The notes under the pieces were generated by a model. That model searched no databases. It saw only the letters and a program-made list of their open reading frames with translations, and was not told where the DNA came from. A stretch of DNA of 64,000 nt from Pseudomonadota bacterium. GTDB lineage: Bacteria > Campylobacterota > Campylobacteria > Campylobacterales > Sulfurimonadaceae. The position numbers were made by a program, and so were the translations under genes. The stretch lies in contig JAZDQA010000008.1 of the NCBI GenBank assembly GCA_043797085.1, positions 64,001 to 128,000 of the forward strand. Direction: 5' to 3'. Shown one piece after another: positions 19,438-27,894 of this stretch; the stretch's first letter is position 1, and each line of letters starts with the position of its first letter.

Positions 19438-20736
19438 ATGGAATTCTCCCTCAGCAAACACGAACATAAGCCTCTTCAAGTCAACCCGATCAAACACTCT
19501 CAGCCTATGGGAGCGACGCTTGCATTTTTAGGGGTAAAGGATTGTATGCCTCTTATGCATGGTGCTCAGGGGTGTGCGTCGTATACAAAGGTCTTTTTTA
19601 CCCGACATTTCAACGAACCTATCGCGATTAACAACACCTCGGTGAGCGACATCACTGCCGTTTTGGACGGTGGAGATTACTCGATATTGATGGCGATTGA
19701 GAATATCCAAAACAAAGAGAAAAACCTCAAACCCTCTATGATCGGTCTACATACGACAGGATTGACGGAGACTAAAGGGGATGATGTGCGCGGTGTGGGG
19801 ATGCATATTGAGATTCCGTATGTGTTTGTCAATACTCCCGATTATGAGGGGGGGATGGAGAGTGGCTGGGCGCTTACAGTGAGCGCGATGATCGAACAGC
19901 TCACTGTTTCTGCTACCGAGACCAAACCAAATAAACTCGTATTTCTTCCCCATTTGAGTACGCAACCGATTGAGGTGGAGAAGATCAAAGCGATGTGTGA
20001 GGATTTCGGGTTTGAGACCTACGCGCTCCCTGATCTTTCGACTTCACTGGACGGGTATTGGGAAGCGGGGCAGGGGAAACTCTCTAACGGCGGGATAACG
20101 GTCGATCAGATTCGTGATTTAGCCTCCTCTAGCGTTGTGGTCTCTATCGGTGCATCGATGAAAAAAGCGGCTTTGGCACTCCAAAAAAAGAACCCTGCGA
20201 TTGAACATATCCATTTTGATCATTTGATGGGATTGGATGGGTGCGACAATTTTGTAAGTGCATTGATGAAAATCCGACAAGATGAGCCAAAACCGATGAT
20301 AAAGCGGTGGCGTTCACGTTTGCAAGATGCGATGCTCGATTCGCACTTTCTCATCGGGAGTTCCCATTTCGTCATCACGGGTGAACCGGATATGCTGGCG
20401 GGAATGTGTGCGTTGATACGCAGTGTCGGCGGAACCATCGATGCAGCGGTATCTACGACGTTTAGTGATTCGCTGCATCTGATCGAAGCGGAGAATATTT
20501 TCGTTGGGGATTTGGAAGATGCACGACGCTTTTTTGATAAAGCGGATATGGTGATCAGTAATTTTCATGCAGAACGAATCTTGCATAGTTATCACGATAC
20601 GGCATTGGTAATACGAGGTTTCCCCAATTATGAAGAGTTAGGGAATCAGCTTAAAAACGATCAGCTGTATGAGGGAAGTACGTACTTTTTATTTGAAATA
20701 GCCAATGCACTCAGAAAGGTCAAACATGAACACTAA
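19438..20736 (+). CDS. nifN: Nitrogenase FeMo-cofactor scaffold beta subunit NifN
   Basis: NPIKHSQPMGA, HGAQGCASY, RHFNEPI; RBS AAGGAG before ATG 19438 (ORF track start is further upstream). Confidence 0.93.
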   Translation: MEFSLSKHEHKPLQVNPIKHSQPMGATLAFLGVKDCMPLMHGAQGCASYTKVFFTRHFNEPIAINNTSVSDITAVLDGGDYSILMAIENIQNKEKNLKPSMIGLHTTGLTETKGDDVRGVGMHIEIPYVFVNTPDYEGGMESGWALTVSAMIEQLTVSATETKPNKLVFLPHLSTQPIEVEKIKAMCEDFGFETYALPDLSTSLDGYWEAGQGKLSNGGITVDQIRDLASSSVVVSIGASMKKAALALQKKNPAIEHIHFDHLMGLDGCDNFVSALMKIRQDEPKPMIKRWRSRLQDAMLDSHFLIGSSHFVITGEPDMLAGMCALIRSVGGTIDAAVSTTFSDSLHLIEAENIFVGDLEDARRFFDKADMVISNFHAERILHSYHDTALVIRGFPNYEELGNQLKNDQLYEGSTYFLFEIANALRKVKHEH

Positions 20737-21178
20737 AATCACAATAGAGGGAAATGACATGATGGATAGCGCTTTGCGAGTTGCTTTTGCAACCAAAGAT
20801 ATGGAAGAGATCAACGCCCACTTCGGAGGGGCAAAAGAGTTTGTGGTGTACAACGTTTCTAAAGACGGTTATGAAGTTTCTGAGGTGATTAAAACCGACA
20901 GTACTGATCCCGAGGATGATGATAAAACCGATTATCGTGTTCGTGCATTGAAAGGTGTCAACATCATGTACTGCGAGAGTATCGGCGGTACGGCGGCGGC
21001 AAAAGTGATCCGTGCAGGGATTCATCCGATGAAAGTGAGTGAATCAACGTTAATCGAAGATGTCCTCAAGACTTTAGTAGGAATGATTAATGGCAATCCG
21101 CCACCGTGGATAAAACAGATTATACAAATGAAAACCGAACACGATGTTCGACAAGACCGATGGGCAGTGGGCGAATGA
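20726..21178 (+). CDS. nifX: FeMo-co carrier protein NifX
   Basis: RVAFAT, INAHFG, IGGTAAAKVIRAGIHP, PPPW; follows nifN. Confidence 0.9.
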   Translation: MNTKITIEGNDMMDSALRVAFATKDMEEINAHFGGAKEFVVYNVSKDGYEVSEVIKTDSTDPEDDDKTDYRVRALKGVNIMYCESIGGTAAAKVIRAGIHPMKVSESTLIEDVLKTLVGMINGNPPPWIKQIIQMKTEHDVRQDRWAVGE

Positions 21179-21190
21179 TAAATGAGCATT

Positions 21191-21253
21191 GGGCTTCCTG
21201 CCGAAGGAAACTCAGCGTTAGCGTAGTCAAGAGGGGCTTAGCTCCTTTGGCGT
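21191..21253. other. GC-rich double-hairpin intergenic element
   Basis: TTCCT-GCCGA-AGGAA and AGGGGC-TTA-GCTCCT stems between nifX and the DUF269 gene. Confidence 0.4.
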
Positions 21254-21275
21254 ATAAAAATTAAAGGTAATAATT

Positions 21276-21731
21276 ATGGAAGCAGAAAAAACAATGAATC
21301 CTTTTGGTGTGGAACTTATCCGCCAAATCCGTGCGCTTGATCAGTTTGGAAATTGGGCAAAAATTACGGATGATGAATTACTCATCAAGAAATACGTCAA
21401 GACCAAAGAGGAGCTAAAAGCCGTTCCTGTAATCGCGGATATTGATGAGATGATGATAAATGACATCAAAATGATCTACAAAGCGATTGCATTATCGTTC
21501 GAGCGCCAAACGGGTGTTGTGTGCAATGTTATCATGGAGATGAGCCATGAGGGATTTGGTCGATGCGCGGTTCTTACAGATCGTATTTGTATCGTGGACA
21601 AGTATTTTAAAGATGCACACCGTTTTAGCTTTCGTACCCTTGACGCATTGTTCGAAGAAGGGGACAAAAATTTGGCTAAAGCGATTGCAATCTATGAACA
21701 ATTTAAACCATGTAATGGTCAACAGGGGTAA
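21276..21731 (+). CDS. NifX-associated nitrogen fixation protein (DUF269)
   Basis: RALDQFG, SHEGFGR, DAHRFSF motifs; position after nifX. Confidence 0.88.
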   Translation: MEAEKTMNPFGVELIRQIRALDQFGNWAKITDDELLIKKYVKTKEELKAVPVIADIDEMMINDIKMIYKAIALSFERQTGVVCNVIMEMSHEGFGRCAVLTDRICIVDKYFKDAHRFSFRTLDALFEEGDKNLAKAIAIYEQFKPCNGQQG

Positions 21732-21734
21732 AAA

Positions 21735-22250
21735 ATGGCAACAATAGGTATATTTTTCGGTAGCAGCAGTGGAGTGACGCGGGGAGCGGCAGAGCTTTTG
21801 TCTGAACAACTTTCAGGTTCTGAATTGATAGATATGGAAGAAGATTTTGACGGGATTGAGCAGTTTGAGGAGTTTGATGTTCTTCTCCTTGGTTCTTCCA
21901 CATGGGGGCAGGGTGATCCGCAACGCGACTGGGTTGATCCGTTATATGATCTTGGGAACGACACTCCTGATCTTAGCGGTAAAAAAGTAGCTTTTTTCGG
22001 TGCCGGTGATCAGAAGACGCACGGGGAACATTTTCTAAGCGCTCTTGGAAAAATGCATGATTTGTTTGTATCTTTGGGTGCGCAAGCGTATGGATTTACC
22101 TCTACCGATGGATATGACTATAAATATTCTCTAGCCGAGCGTGACGGGAAATTTTGCGGGCTTGGAATCGATGATGTGAACCAAGAAGATTTGACCGAAG
22201 AACGTGTTGTCGGTTGGGCAAACCAGCTCAAAATTGAGATGGGATTATAA
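21735..22250 (+). CDS. Long-chain flavodoxin (NifF/FldA-like electron donor)
   Basis: GSSSGVT, STWGQG, FGAGDQ, GLGID. Confidence 0.9.
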   Translation: MATIGIFFGSSSGVTRGAAELLSEQLSGSELIDMEEDFDGIEQFEEFDVLLLGSSTWGQGDPQRDWVDPLYDLGNDTPDLSGKKVAFFGAGDQKTHGEHFLSALGKMHDLFVSLGAQAYGFTSTDGYDYKYSLAERDGKFCGLGIDDVNQEDLTEERVVGWANQLKIEMGL

Positions 22251-22260
22251 GGAGATTACG

Positions 22261-22635
22261 ATGGGAACGTTAAACGAATTTCAACATATTACAGACACTG
22301 AGGAGTTTTTCGAGTTTTTCGATTTGGCATACGATGAGCGTCTTGTAAATTCAAAACGGTTTCATATCATGAAAAAATTTGGTGAAATGGTCGAAAAATC
22401 CAAAGGTCATGATATGGGCAGTGATGAAAAATTACTTGAGTTCTATAAATTTGCTCTCATCAGTGTGTATAAAAATTTTGAAAACGGTTACAGCCCATCT
22501 GCTGCCGATGTTTGGGAAATGTTTGATAAACCCAGCGGATGCGGTACATGTGCAACGTCCACAAGTTGTAATGATGTAGAGGAGGTGAGTCATGGAGTCC
22601 ATGCCTGTACAAGCCAAGCCACAATTACATTCTGA
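22261..22635 (+). CDS. nifW: Nitrogenase-stabilizing protein NifW
   Basis: EEFFEFFDLAYD..LVNSKRFHIMKKF; RBS AAGGAG before ATG 22261. Confidence 0.85.
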   Translation: MGTLNEFQHITDTEEFFEFFDLAYDERLVNSKRFHIMKKFGEMVEKSKGHDMGSDEKLLEFYKFALISVYKNFENGYSPSAADVWEMFDKPSGCGTCATSTSCNDVEEVSHGVHACTSQATITF

Positions 22636-23038
22636 AGAAGAGATGCCTATCAATGATGAGGCACGAAAAACCAATCTCTATAAGATGTCAACCAAAGATG
22701 AGATTTTATCTCTCTACCGAGTCGGACAGAGGGTTCGATTGGTAAAAGCGATACGAAATGACGGAACCTATCCGCATGCTGGGGTTGGTGATACTCTCGT
22801 TGAGGCAGGGTCAGAGGGTTATGTTCGTAAAATCGGTGATTTTTTACAGACAATTCGAGTATATGAAGTGAACTTTATCGAAGAGGGTTTGACCTTCGGA
22901 TGCCGTGAAGCGGAACTGGAAAGTGCACTCGAAGACGACGGATACGATGAGGTCGCCGAAGAGCTGCAATGGCTCAAAGAACATCGTGCGCAACGTGCCG
23001 CAGAAAAATTGGCGCAATCTCAAGAAGAGGGGGAATAA
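22592..23038 (+). CDS. nifZ: Nitrogenase maturation protein NifZ
   Basis: GQRVR..IRNDGTYP..G..GYV..IGDFLQ..GCREAEL. Confidence 0.9.
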   Translation: MESMPVQAKPQLHSEEEMPINDEARKTNLYKMSTKDEILSLYRVGQRVRLVKAIRNDGTYPHAGVGDTLVEAGSEGYVRKIGDFLQTIRVYEVNFIEEGLTFGCREAELESALEDDGYDEVAEELQWLKEHRAQRAAEKLAQSQEEGE

Positions 23039-23125
23039 TATCGACTCTTCTGAGATTTTTGCATATCGTATCAAGATGAATTGGTGCCCTTGGGGCTAAA
23101 TAATGTAATTAACAAAGGAGTTGGG

Positions 23126-23416
23126 ATGACAACACGTGTAGAAATTATAAATGACTTTTTGGCAATCAACGTCATACCGGGTAAAACGATTCAAGATATC
23201 GTTGAAGCATCGGGAAGTGCATTGCCGTTTGGCTGTCGTGATGGCGAATGCGGTACTTGTGTAGTGATGATCGAATCAGGGATGGAGTTCATGAGCCCTA
23301 TCAATGATAAAGAAAAAGCGGTGCTTAAAACAGTGGGTGAAACCAGTGCAAAAGCACGTCTTGCTTGTCAAATGAAAGTTATCGCCCCAAATGGATTGGT
23401 ACGGGTTAAATATTAA
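23126..23416 (+). CDS. [2Fe-2S] ferredoxin
   Basis: CRDGECGTC and RLACQ; RBS AAGGAG before ATG 23126. Confidence 0.9.
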   Translation: MTTRVEIINDFLAINVIPGKTIQDIVEASGSALPFGCRDGECGTCVVMIESGMEFMSPINDKEKAVLKTVGETSAKARLACQMKVIAPNGLVRVKY

Positions 23417-23436
23417 TACGTATATATACGCATTTT

Positions 23437-23511
23437 GTCATTCCGTGCTACGACACGGAATCCAGTGCTCTTAAATCCAGGAGATGGATCCCGTATCAAG
23501 TACGGGATGAC
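23437..23511. repeat. REP-like inverted palindrome pair
   Basis: GTCATTCCGTG..CACGGAATCC, spacer, GGATCCCGTA..TACGGGATGAC. Confidence 0.85.
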
Positions 23512-23570
23512 GAGAAATCTGCCTCTTTTTTAATCACTTATATCTTTCATAATCCTCTATAATACTTATT

Positions 23571-23586
23571 GAGAACAAAATATGCA
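23571..23586 (+). promoter_or_regulatory. Non-canonical sigma54-type promoter upstream of rpoN
   Basis: GAGAAC-AAAAT-ATGCA (AG-N10-GC). Confidence 0.68.
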
Positions 23587-23624
23587 GTCTCTTGGATAGA
23601 TTTATAGATTTTAGGTGGATTATT

Positions 23625-24890
23625 ATGCAAACAACTCTCTCTTATAAACAAAAACAACTCCCACGACTTTCGATGCAGACATGGCTTCCATTGTTGCAAT
23701 GTTCCCTCAATGATCTTGAAAAACATTTACAAGTTATAACCAATGAAAATCCATGTATAGAGATGAAATCAGGTTTTGAAGAGTCCAATGCACAAGCAGG
23801 AGGTGCATCGGCGTACGGTGCATTTCAAAACTATGTTTCGAATGCTTCGAGTGATCAGATTGAATGGCTTAGTATCTCTTCGACTTCATTGTATGAAAAA
23901 CTGGATGAGCAAATTGTAGCACCACTTTTTCCAACCCCAATATCTCAAAAAATTGCTCGACAGATCATCTATTACATCAGTGATGAGGGATATTTTGAGG
24001 GAAATGTGGAAGAGATCGCCCAGCAATGTGATACGGATTCTCATACGGTTGAGCGTGTACGTCAACGGTTTGCGCATTTAGAGCCTTCCGGCGTGGGAGC
24101 GTGTGATTACAAAGAGTCCTTTTTGTTTCAGCTCAATGATTATGAACTGGATGATGATTTGAGTATCTTGCTCTCTGCTATGATTTTACAGTTCGATAAG
24201 ATGGAGAAATTTATCAAAAACCCTCGTTTTGGAGATGCAAAACACGTACTGCAACATCTCAAAAATCCTCCGGCGTTGGAATACATGGAGCCTGAAACGC
24301 AAATTATTCCTGATTTATTTGTCGAGTTTTCAGGATCGGAGTTGAACATTCGGATTAATCATACTTTTTATCCCGATTTAAAAGTCAGTATGATCGATAA
24401 GTACGATAATTTTGCCAAACAAAAATTCAAAGAGGCACGCGAACTCGTCAAACTTCTCGATTTGCGCAAAGCAACTCTCTATAACGTTGCCTTGGTATTG
24501 ATCGAGAAACAGTACAGCTTTTTTATGGGAGGAGAACTTAAACCGCTTCGCCTCCAAGATGTTGCCGATGAACTGGGCTTTAATGAATCCACGATTTCCA
24601 GAGCAATTTCGGATAAATACATGCAAACTGAGCGAGGGTTGTATCCCTTTAAAGATTTTTTCTCCAACTGCATCGGAGAAGTATCGACTTCAGAGATTAA
24701 ACACTTTTTGAAACGGCTTGTTTTGAGTGAAAATAAAGATGATCCGTTTAGTGATAAAACACTGCATGAGATGATCGAAGAGCGATTTGGGGTAAAAATG
24801 GTACGACGGCTTATTGCTAAATATCGTCAAGAACTTGATATTCCATCGTATAAAGAACGATTGTTTTTATATAAGCTAGAGCTGCTTTAA
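23625..24890 (+). CDS. rpoN: RNA polymerase sigma54 factor, nif-linked, with variant RpoN box
   Basis: Q/L-rich region I, ENP, EPSGVGA, HTH LKPLRLQDVADELGFNESTISRA, PFSD, RpoN box VRRLIAKYR; likely start ATG 23625. Confidence 0.93.
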   Translation: MQTTLSYKQKQLPRLSMQTWLPLLQCSLNDLEKHLQVITNENPCIEMKSGFEESNAQAGGASAYGAFQNYVSNASSDQIEWLSISSTSLYEKLDEQIVAPLFPTPISQKIARQIIYYISDEGYFEGNVEEIAQQCDTDSHTVERVRQRFAHLEPSGVGACDYKESFLFQLNDYELDDDLSILLSAMILQFDKMEKFIKNPRFGDAKHVLQHLKNPPALEYMEPETQIIPDLFVEFSGSELNIRINHTFYPDLKVSMIDKYDNFAKQKFKEARELVKLLDLRKATLYNVALVLIEKQYSFFMGGELKPLRLQDVADELGFNESTISRAISDKYMQTERGLYPFKDFFSNCIGEVSTSEIKHFLKRLVLSENKDDPFSDKTLHEMIEERFGVKMVRRLIAKYRQELDIPSYKERLFLYKLELL

Positions 24891-25103
24891 ACGCGCACAA
24901 CTTCCTCTATTTCTACTTCTACAACAGCTATTTCGCTGTTGTAATTATAAGACACAAGAACTTCTTTTTGTAATCATCCTGCAACATTTACTTCTATAAA
25001 CATAGCTATATCACAATTGTGATTTTTTTGTGATACTTTAACAATAAGATTGCTGAAATTTGAAAGTCTCTGAAATCACACATAATGCATAGAGGTAGTA
25101 AAA

Positions 25104-25490
25104 ATGGCAAAAAGAGTAATAATCGTCGATGATTCCAGAGCAGTAGTTGCGACGGCAGAATTAGCACTGGATGGGTTGATTAGCAGTGGTGTGATCGAGT
25201 TTAAATCGTATTTGAATCCATTGGAGTTATTGGGTGCATTGCAAGCGGGAAACGAGAATTTCGATCTGCTCATCAGCGATGTTAATATGCCTGAGATGAA
25301 TGGTTTGGATTTGGCGCGATTGATTAAAGCCGATGATCGATACAAAACAAAACCCATCATTATTTTGACTACCGAAAGTTCAGAACAGATGAAAATGGTC
25401 GGTAAAGAGATCGGAGTTACAGGATGGATGGTCAAGCCTTTTAGTGAAGAGAAGCTGGTGAAATCCCTCAAAATGGTATTGGGGGTATAG
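25104..25490 (+). CDS. cheY: Chemotaxis response regulator CheY
   Basis: Single REC domain: VDD, DVNMP, LTTE, VKPF. Confidence 0.88.
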   Translation: MAKRVIIVDDSRAVVATAELALDGLISSGVIEFKSYLNPLELLGALQAGNENFDLLISDVNMPEMNGLDLARLIKADDRYKTKPIIILTTESSEQMKMVGKEIGVTGWMVKPFSEEKLVKSLKMVLGV

Positions 25491-25492
25491 CA

Positions 25493-25990
25493 ATGGAGTC
25501 CAATATCGTCCAGTCACGAAAGGAACGCTACCTCACTTTTTTCCTAGGAGAGGAACAATACGGAATCTCAATCGATCGGATCAAAGAGATCATTGCGATG
25601 ATGAAAGTGACTCAAGTGCCTAAAACTCCCCACTATATGCGTGGCGTGATCAATTTGCGCGGATCCATCATCCCAGTAGTGGATACTCGTCTTCGTTTTG
25701 GGATGGAGCCGCAAGAAGAAACGATGCACACGGCAATCATCATTGTCGAAGTGGAAAAAGTAAATATTGGATTTATCGTGGATCGTGTCGAAGAGGTTGC
25801 CTCTATCGATACGGCACGTTTGAGTGAGCCTCCGAAATTTGGCAGTCATATCGATACTGATTTCATTTGCGCTATGGCCCAGATCGAAGAAAATGTTGTG
25901 ATGATTTTGGATGTAATCAAGCTTTTTGAAGCCGATGAGTTGGTGAGTTTAGAACAAATACAGCAAATACAAATGCGTGAGGGAGAATGA
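25493..25990 (+). CDS. cheW: Chemotaxis coupling protein CheW
   Basis: YLTFFL, GVINLRGSIIPVVD, GFIVDRV. Confidence 0.93.
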   Translation: MESNIVQSRKERYLTFFLGEEQYGISIDRIKEIIAMMKVTQVPKTPHYMRGVINLRGSIIPVVDTRLRFGMEPQEETMHTAIIIVEVEKVNIGFIVDRVEEVASIDTARLSEPPKFGSHIDTDFICAMAQIEENVVMILDVIKLFEADELVSLEQIQQIQMREGE

Positions 25991-25991
25991 G

Positions 25992-27629
25992 ATGAATTGG
26001 TTAGAAAATATGGTGCTACAAACTAAATTGGTATTATTAACCGCAGTTATGATGATTGCTCTTGCTACGTTAGGGTATTTGGGGTACAGTACAACACAAA
26101 AATGGGAAAGTGGAATCACAGAAGTAGGGGGAGTAAAGCTTCCATCTATCGTTGGTATCATGGAAATGCGTACGGGGATCAATCAAGTAGTGATTCAGCA
26201 AAATCGTGTACGAGCACTTAAAGATGATCCAATGATGAACGCAAAGCTTGAAGATGCTCGCGAAAAGCTTGTTAAAGGATTTGAGCGGTTTGACAAAGGG
26301 TATAAAATTTATGCACCGCTTCCGCAAACGCCCGAAGAGGCTATCGAGTGGAAAAGTTTTGAAGAAAATTTTGGTAAATGGAAAGAAATGAGTTTATCGT
26401 TTCGTGCCAATACTCTGGTTCCTTTGATAAACAATACCGATCCGGCAATGGTAGATGTCTATTTCGAGCAAATGAAAGAGTTTATTGAATCAAGCCGTGC
26501 TCCTCGTCAGGCGGCATTGGAAAGTATGGATAAAATCGCTAAGATTAATATTGATGGTGCAGATGCAGCGGTTAAGACGGCACAAAAAGATTCAAGCAGT
26601 GCGGTACAAATGACCATTCTAATCATCCTTATTTCTTTTGCAATATCGATACTATTGGCAATACTGATCATTCGTTCCATTACCCGCTCTATCACATCAA
26701 GCGTTACTTCTATCCGTGATGGCGCGATGCAAATCACTTCGGCTTCCGATCAAGTAGCTGCATCGTCTTCCTCTCTTGCACAAGGTGCCAGTGAACAAGC
26801 GTCAAGCGTTGAAGAGGTAAGTGCAACATTAGAAGAGAGTACGGCGATCAATACACAAAATACCGATAACGCACGTCAAGCCGATATTTTGGCTAAAAAT
26901 GCCAATGATTCTGCACGTGCAGGATTTGAAAAAGGGGAACAGCTTTCTCGTTCCATGCACGCTATTACCGATTCAGCGGCAAAAATATCAGGAATCATAA
27001 AAACTATCGATCAAATCGCATTCCAAACCAATCTTTTGGCGCTCAATGCAGCCGTTGAAGCGGCGCGTGCGGGTGAACATGGTTTGGGCTTTGCCGTTGT
27101 AGCTGATGAAGTGCGTAATCTCGCACAACGTGCGGCATCTGCAGCAAAAGAGACCTCGGTGATTATCGAAGAGGTTGTCTCTCAGATCAAAGAGGGAAAT
27201 CAAATCGCCCTCGCAACCCATACATCATTCCAAGAAATTGTCGAACAGTCGAAAAAAGTGTCTAATCTTATAGGTGAAATCGCCATTGCCGGTAAAGAAC
27301 AAGCAGAGGGTATGACCCAAATCAATCAAGCTATGGGGCAAGTCGATCAAGTGACACAGCAAGTTGCTGCAAACTCGGAAGAAGCCGCTGCGGCTGCTGA
27401 AGAGCTTAATGCTCAAGCTACTTCGATGATGGAAACTGTACGAATACTTGCTCAAATGGTTGGAATGACAACAGATGCTCCAGCAACAAAAGCAAAACCG
27501 CTCCGTCATTTAGAGATGAAAGCTCCAGTAGCTCAACGTAGAACTATGAATATTCCTCAAAGCAGAGGCTCTTCCACTAAAGCGGATGATATTTTTCCTC
27601 TCCATGAAGATGATTTGAAAGAGTTCTAA
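25992..27629 (+). CDS. Methyl-accepting chemotaxis protein (four-helix-bundle-like sensor, short signalling domain, acidic C-terminal DLKEF)
   Basis: Two TM helices; IAFQTNLLALNAAVEAARAGEHG.GFAVVADEVR. Confidence 0.93.
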   Translation: MNWLENMVLQTKLVLLTAVMMIALATLGYLGYSTTQKWESGITEVGGVKLPSIVGIMEMRTGINQVVIQQNRVRALKDDPMMNAKLEDAREKLVKGFERFDKGYKIYAPLPQTPEEAIEWKSFEENFGKWKEMSLSFRANTLVPLINNTDPAMVDVYFEQMKEFIESSRAPRQAALESMDKIAKINIDGADAAVKTAQKDSSSAVQMTILIILISFAISILLAILIIRSITRSITSSVTSIRDGAMQITSASDQVAASSSSLAQGASEQASSVEEVSATLEESTAINTQNTDNARQADILAKNANDSARAGFEKGEQLSRSMHAITDSAAKISGIIKTIDQIAFQTNLLALNAAVEAARAGEHGLGFAVVADEVRNLAQRAASAAKETSVIIEEVVSQIKEGNQIALATHTSFQEIVEQSKKVSNLIGEIAIAGKEQAEGMTQINQAMGQVDQVTQQVAANSEEAAAAAEELNAQATSMMETVRILAQMVGMTTDAPATKAKPLRHLEMKAPVAQRRTMNIPQSRGSSTKADDIFPLHEDDLKEF

Positions 27630-27630
27630 G

Positions 27631-27894
27631 ATGCAATTCGACGGAGATGTCCTCACGATAGGATTGGATATGTCGATGGAAGAGATTCGAGAGTTTGAAG
27701 AGTTTGTTCGACCTCGTTTGGAGTATATAGAAACCATTGAAGCCGAAGATGGGACGCAGCTGCGAAACAGTGCATTGTTAGCACTGTTGATGAGTTTAAA
27801 ACGGACAAAAAAAGAGCTGAAAATACCTTTTATCGAACGTGGTGAAGCAGCTTCGGCTGCTTACGGAACGTTGCATTGGATGTGTCATGACTAA
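27631..27894 (+). CDS. Small chemosensory-operon protein (STAS-like by position)
   Basis: 87 aa, tightly coupled between MCP and cheA. Confidence 0.55.
   Translation: MQFDGDVLTIGLDMSMEEIREFEEFVRPRLEYIETIEAEDGTQLRNSALLALLMSLKRTKKELKIPFIERGEAASAAYGTLHWMCHD

Noticed and set aside
25074..25089. AATCAC-ACATA-ATGCA upstream of cheY, resembling the variant sigma54 motif
   Set aside because: No G at -24, and the predicted TSS (~25100) would fall downstream of the RBS.
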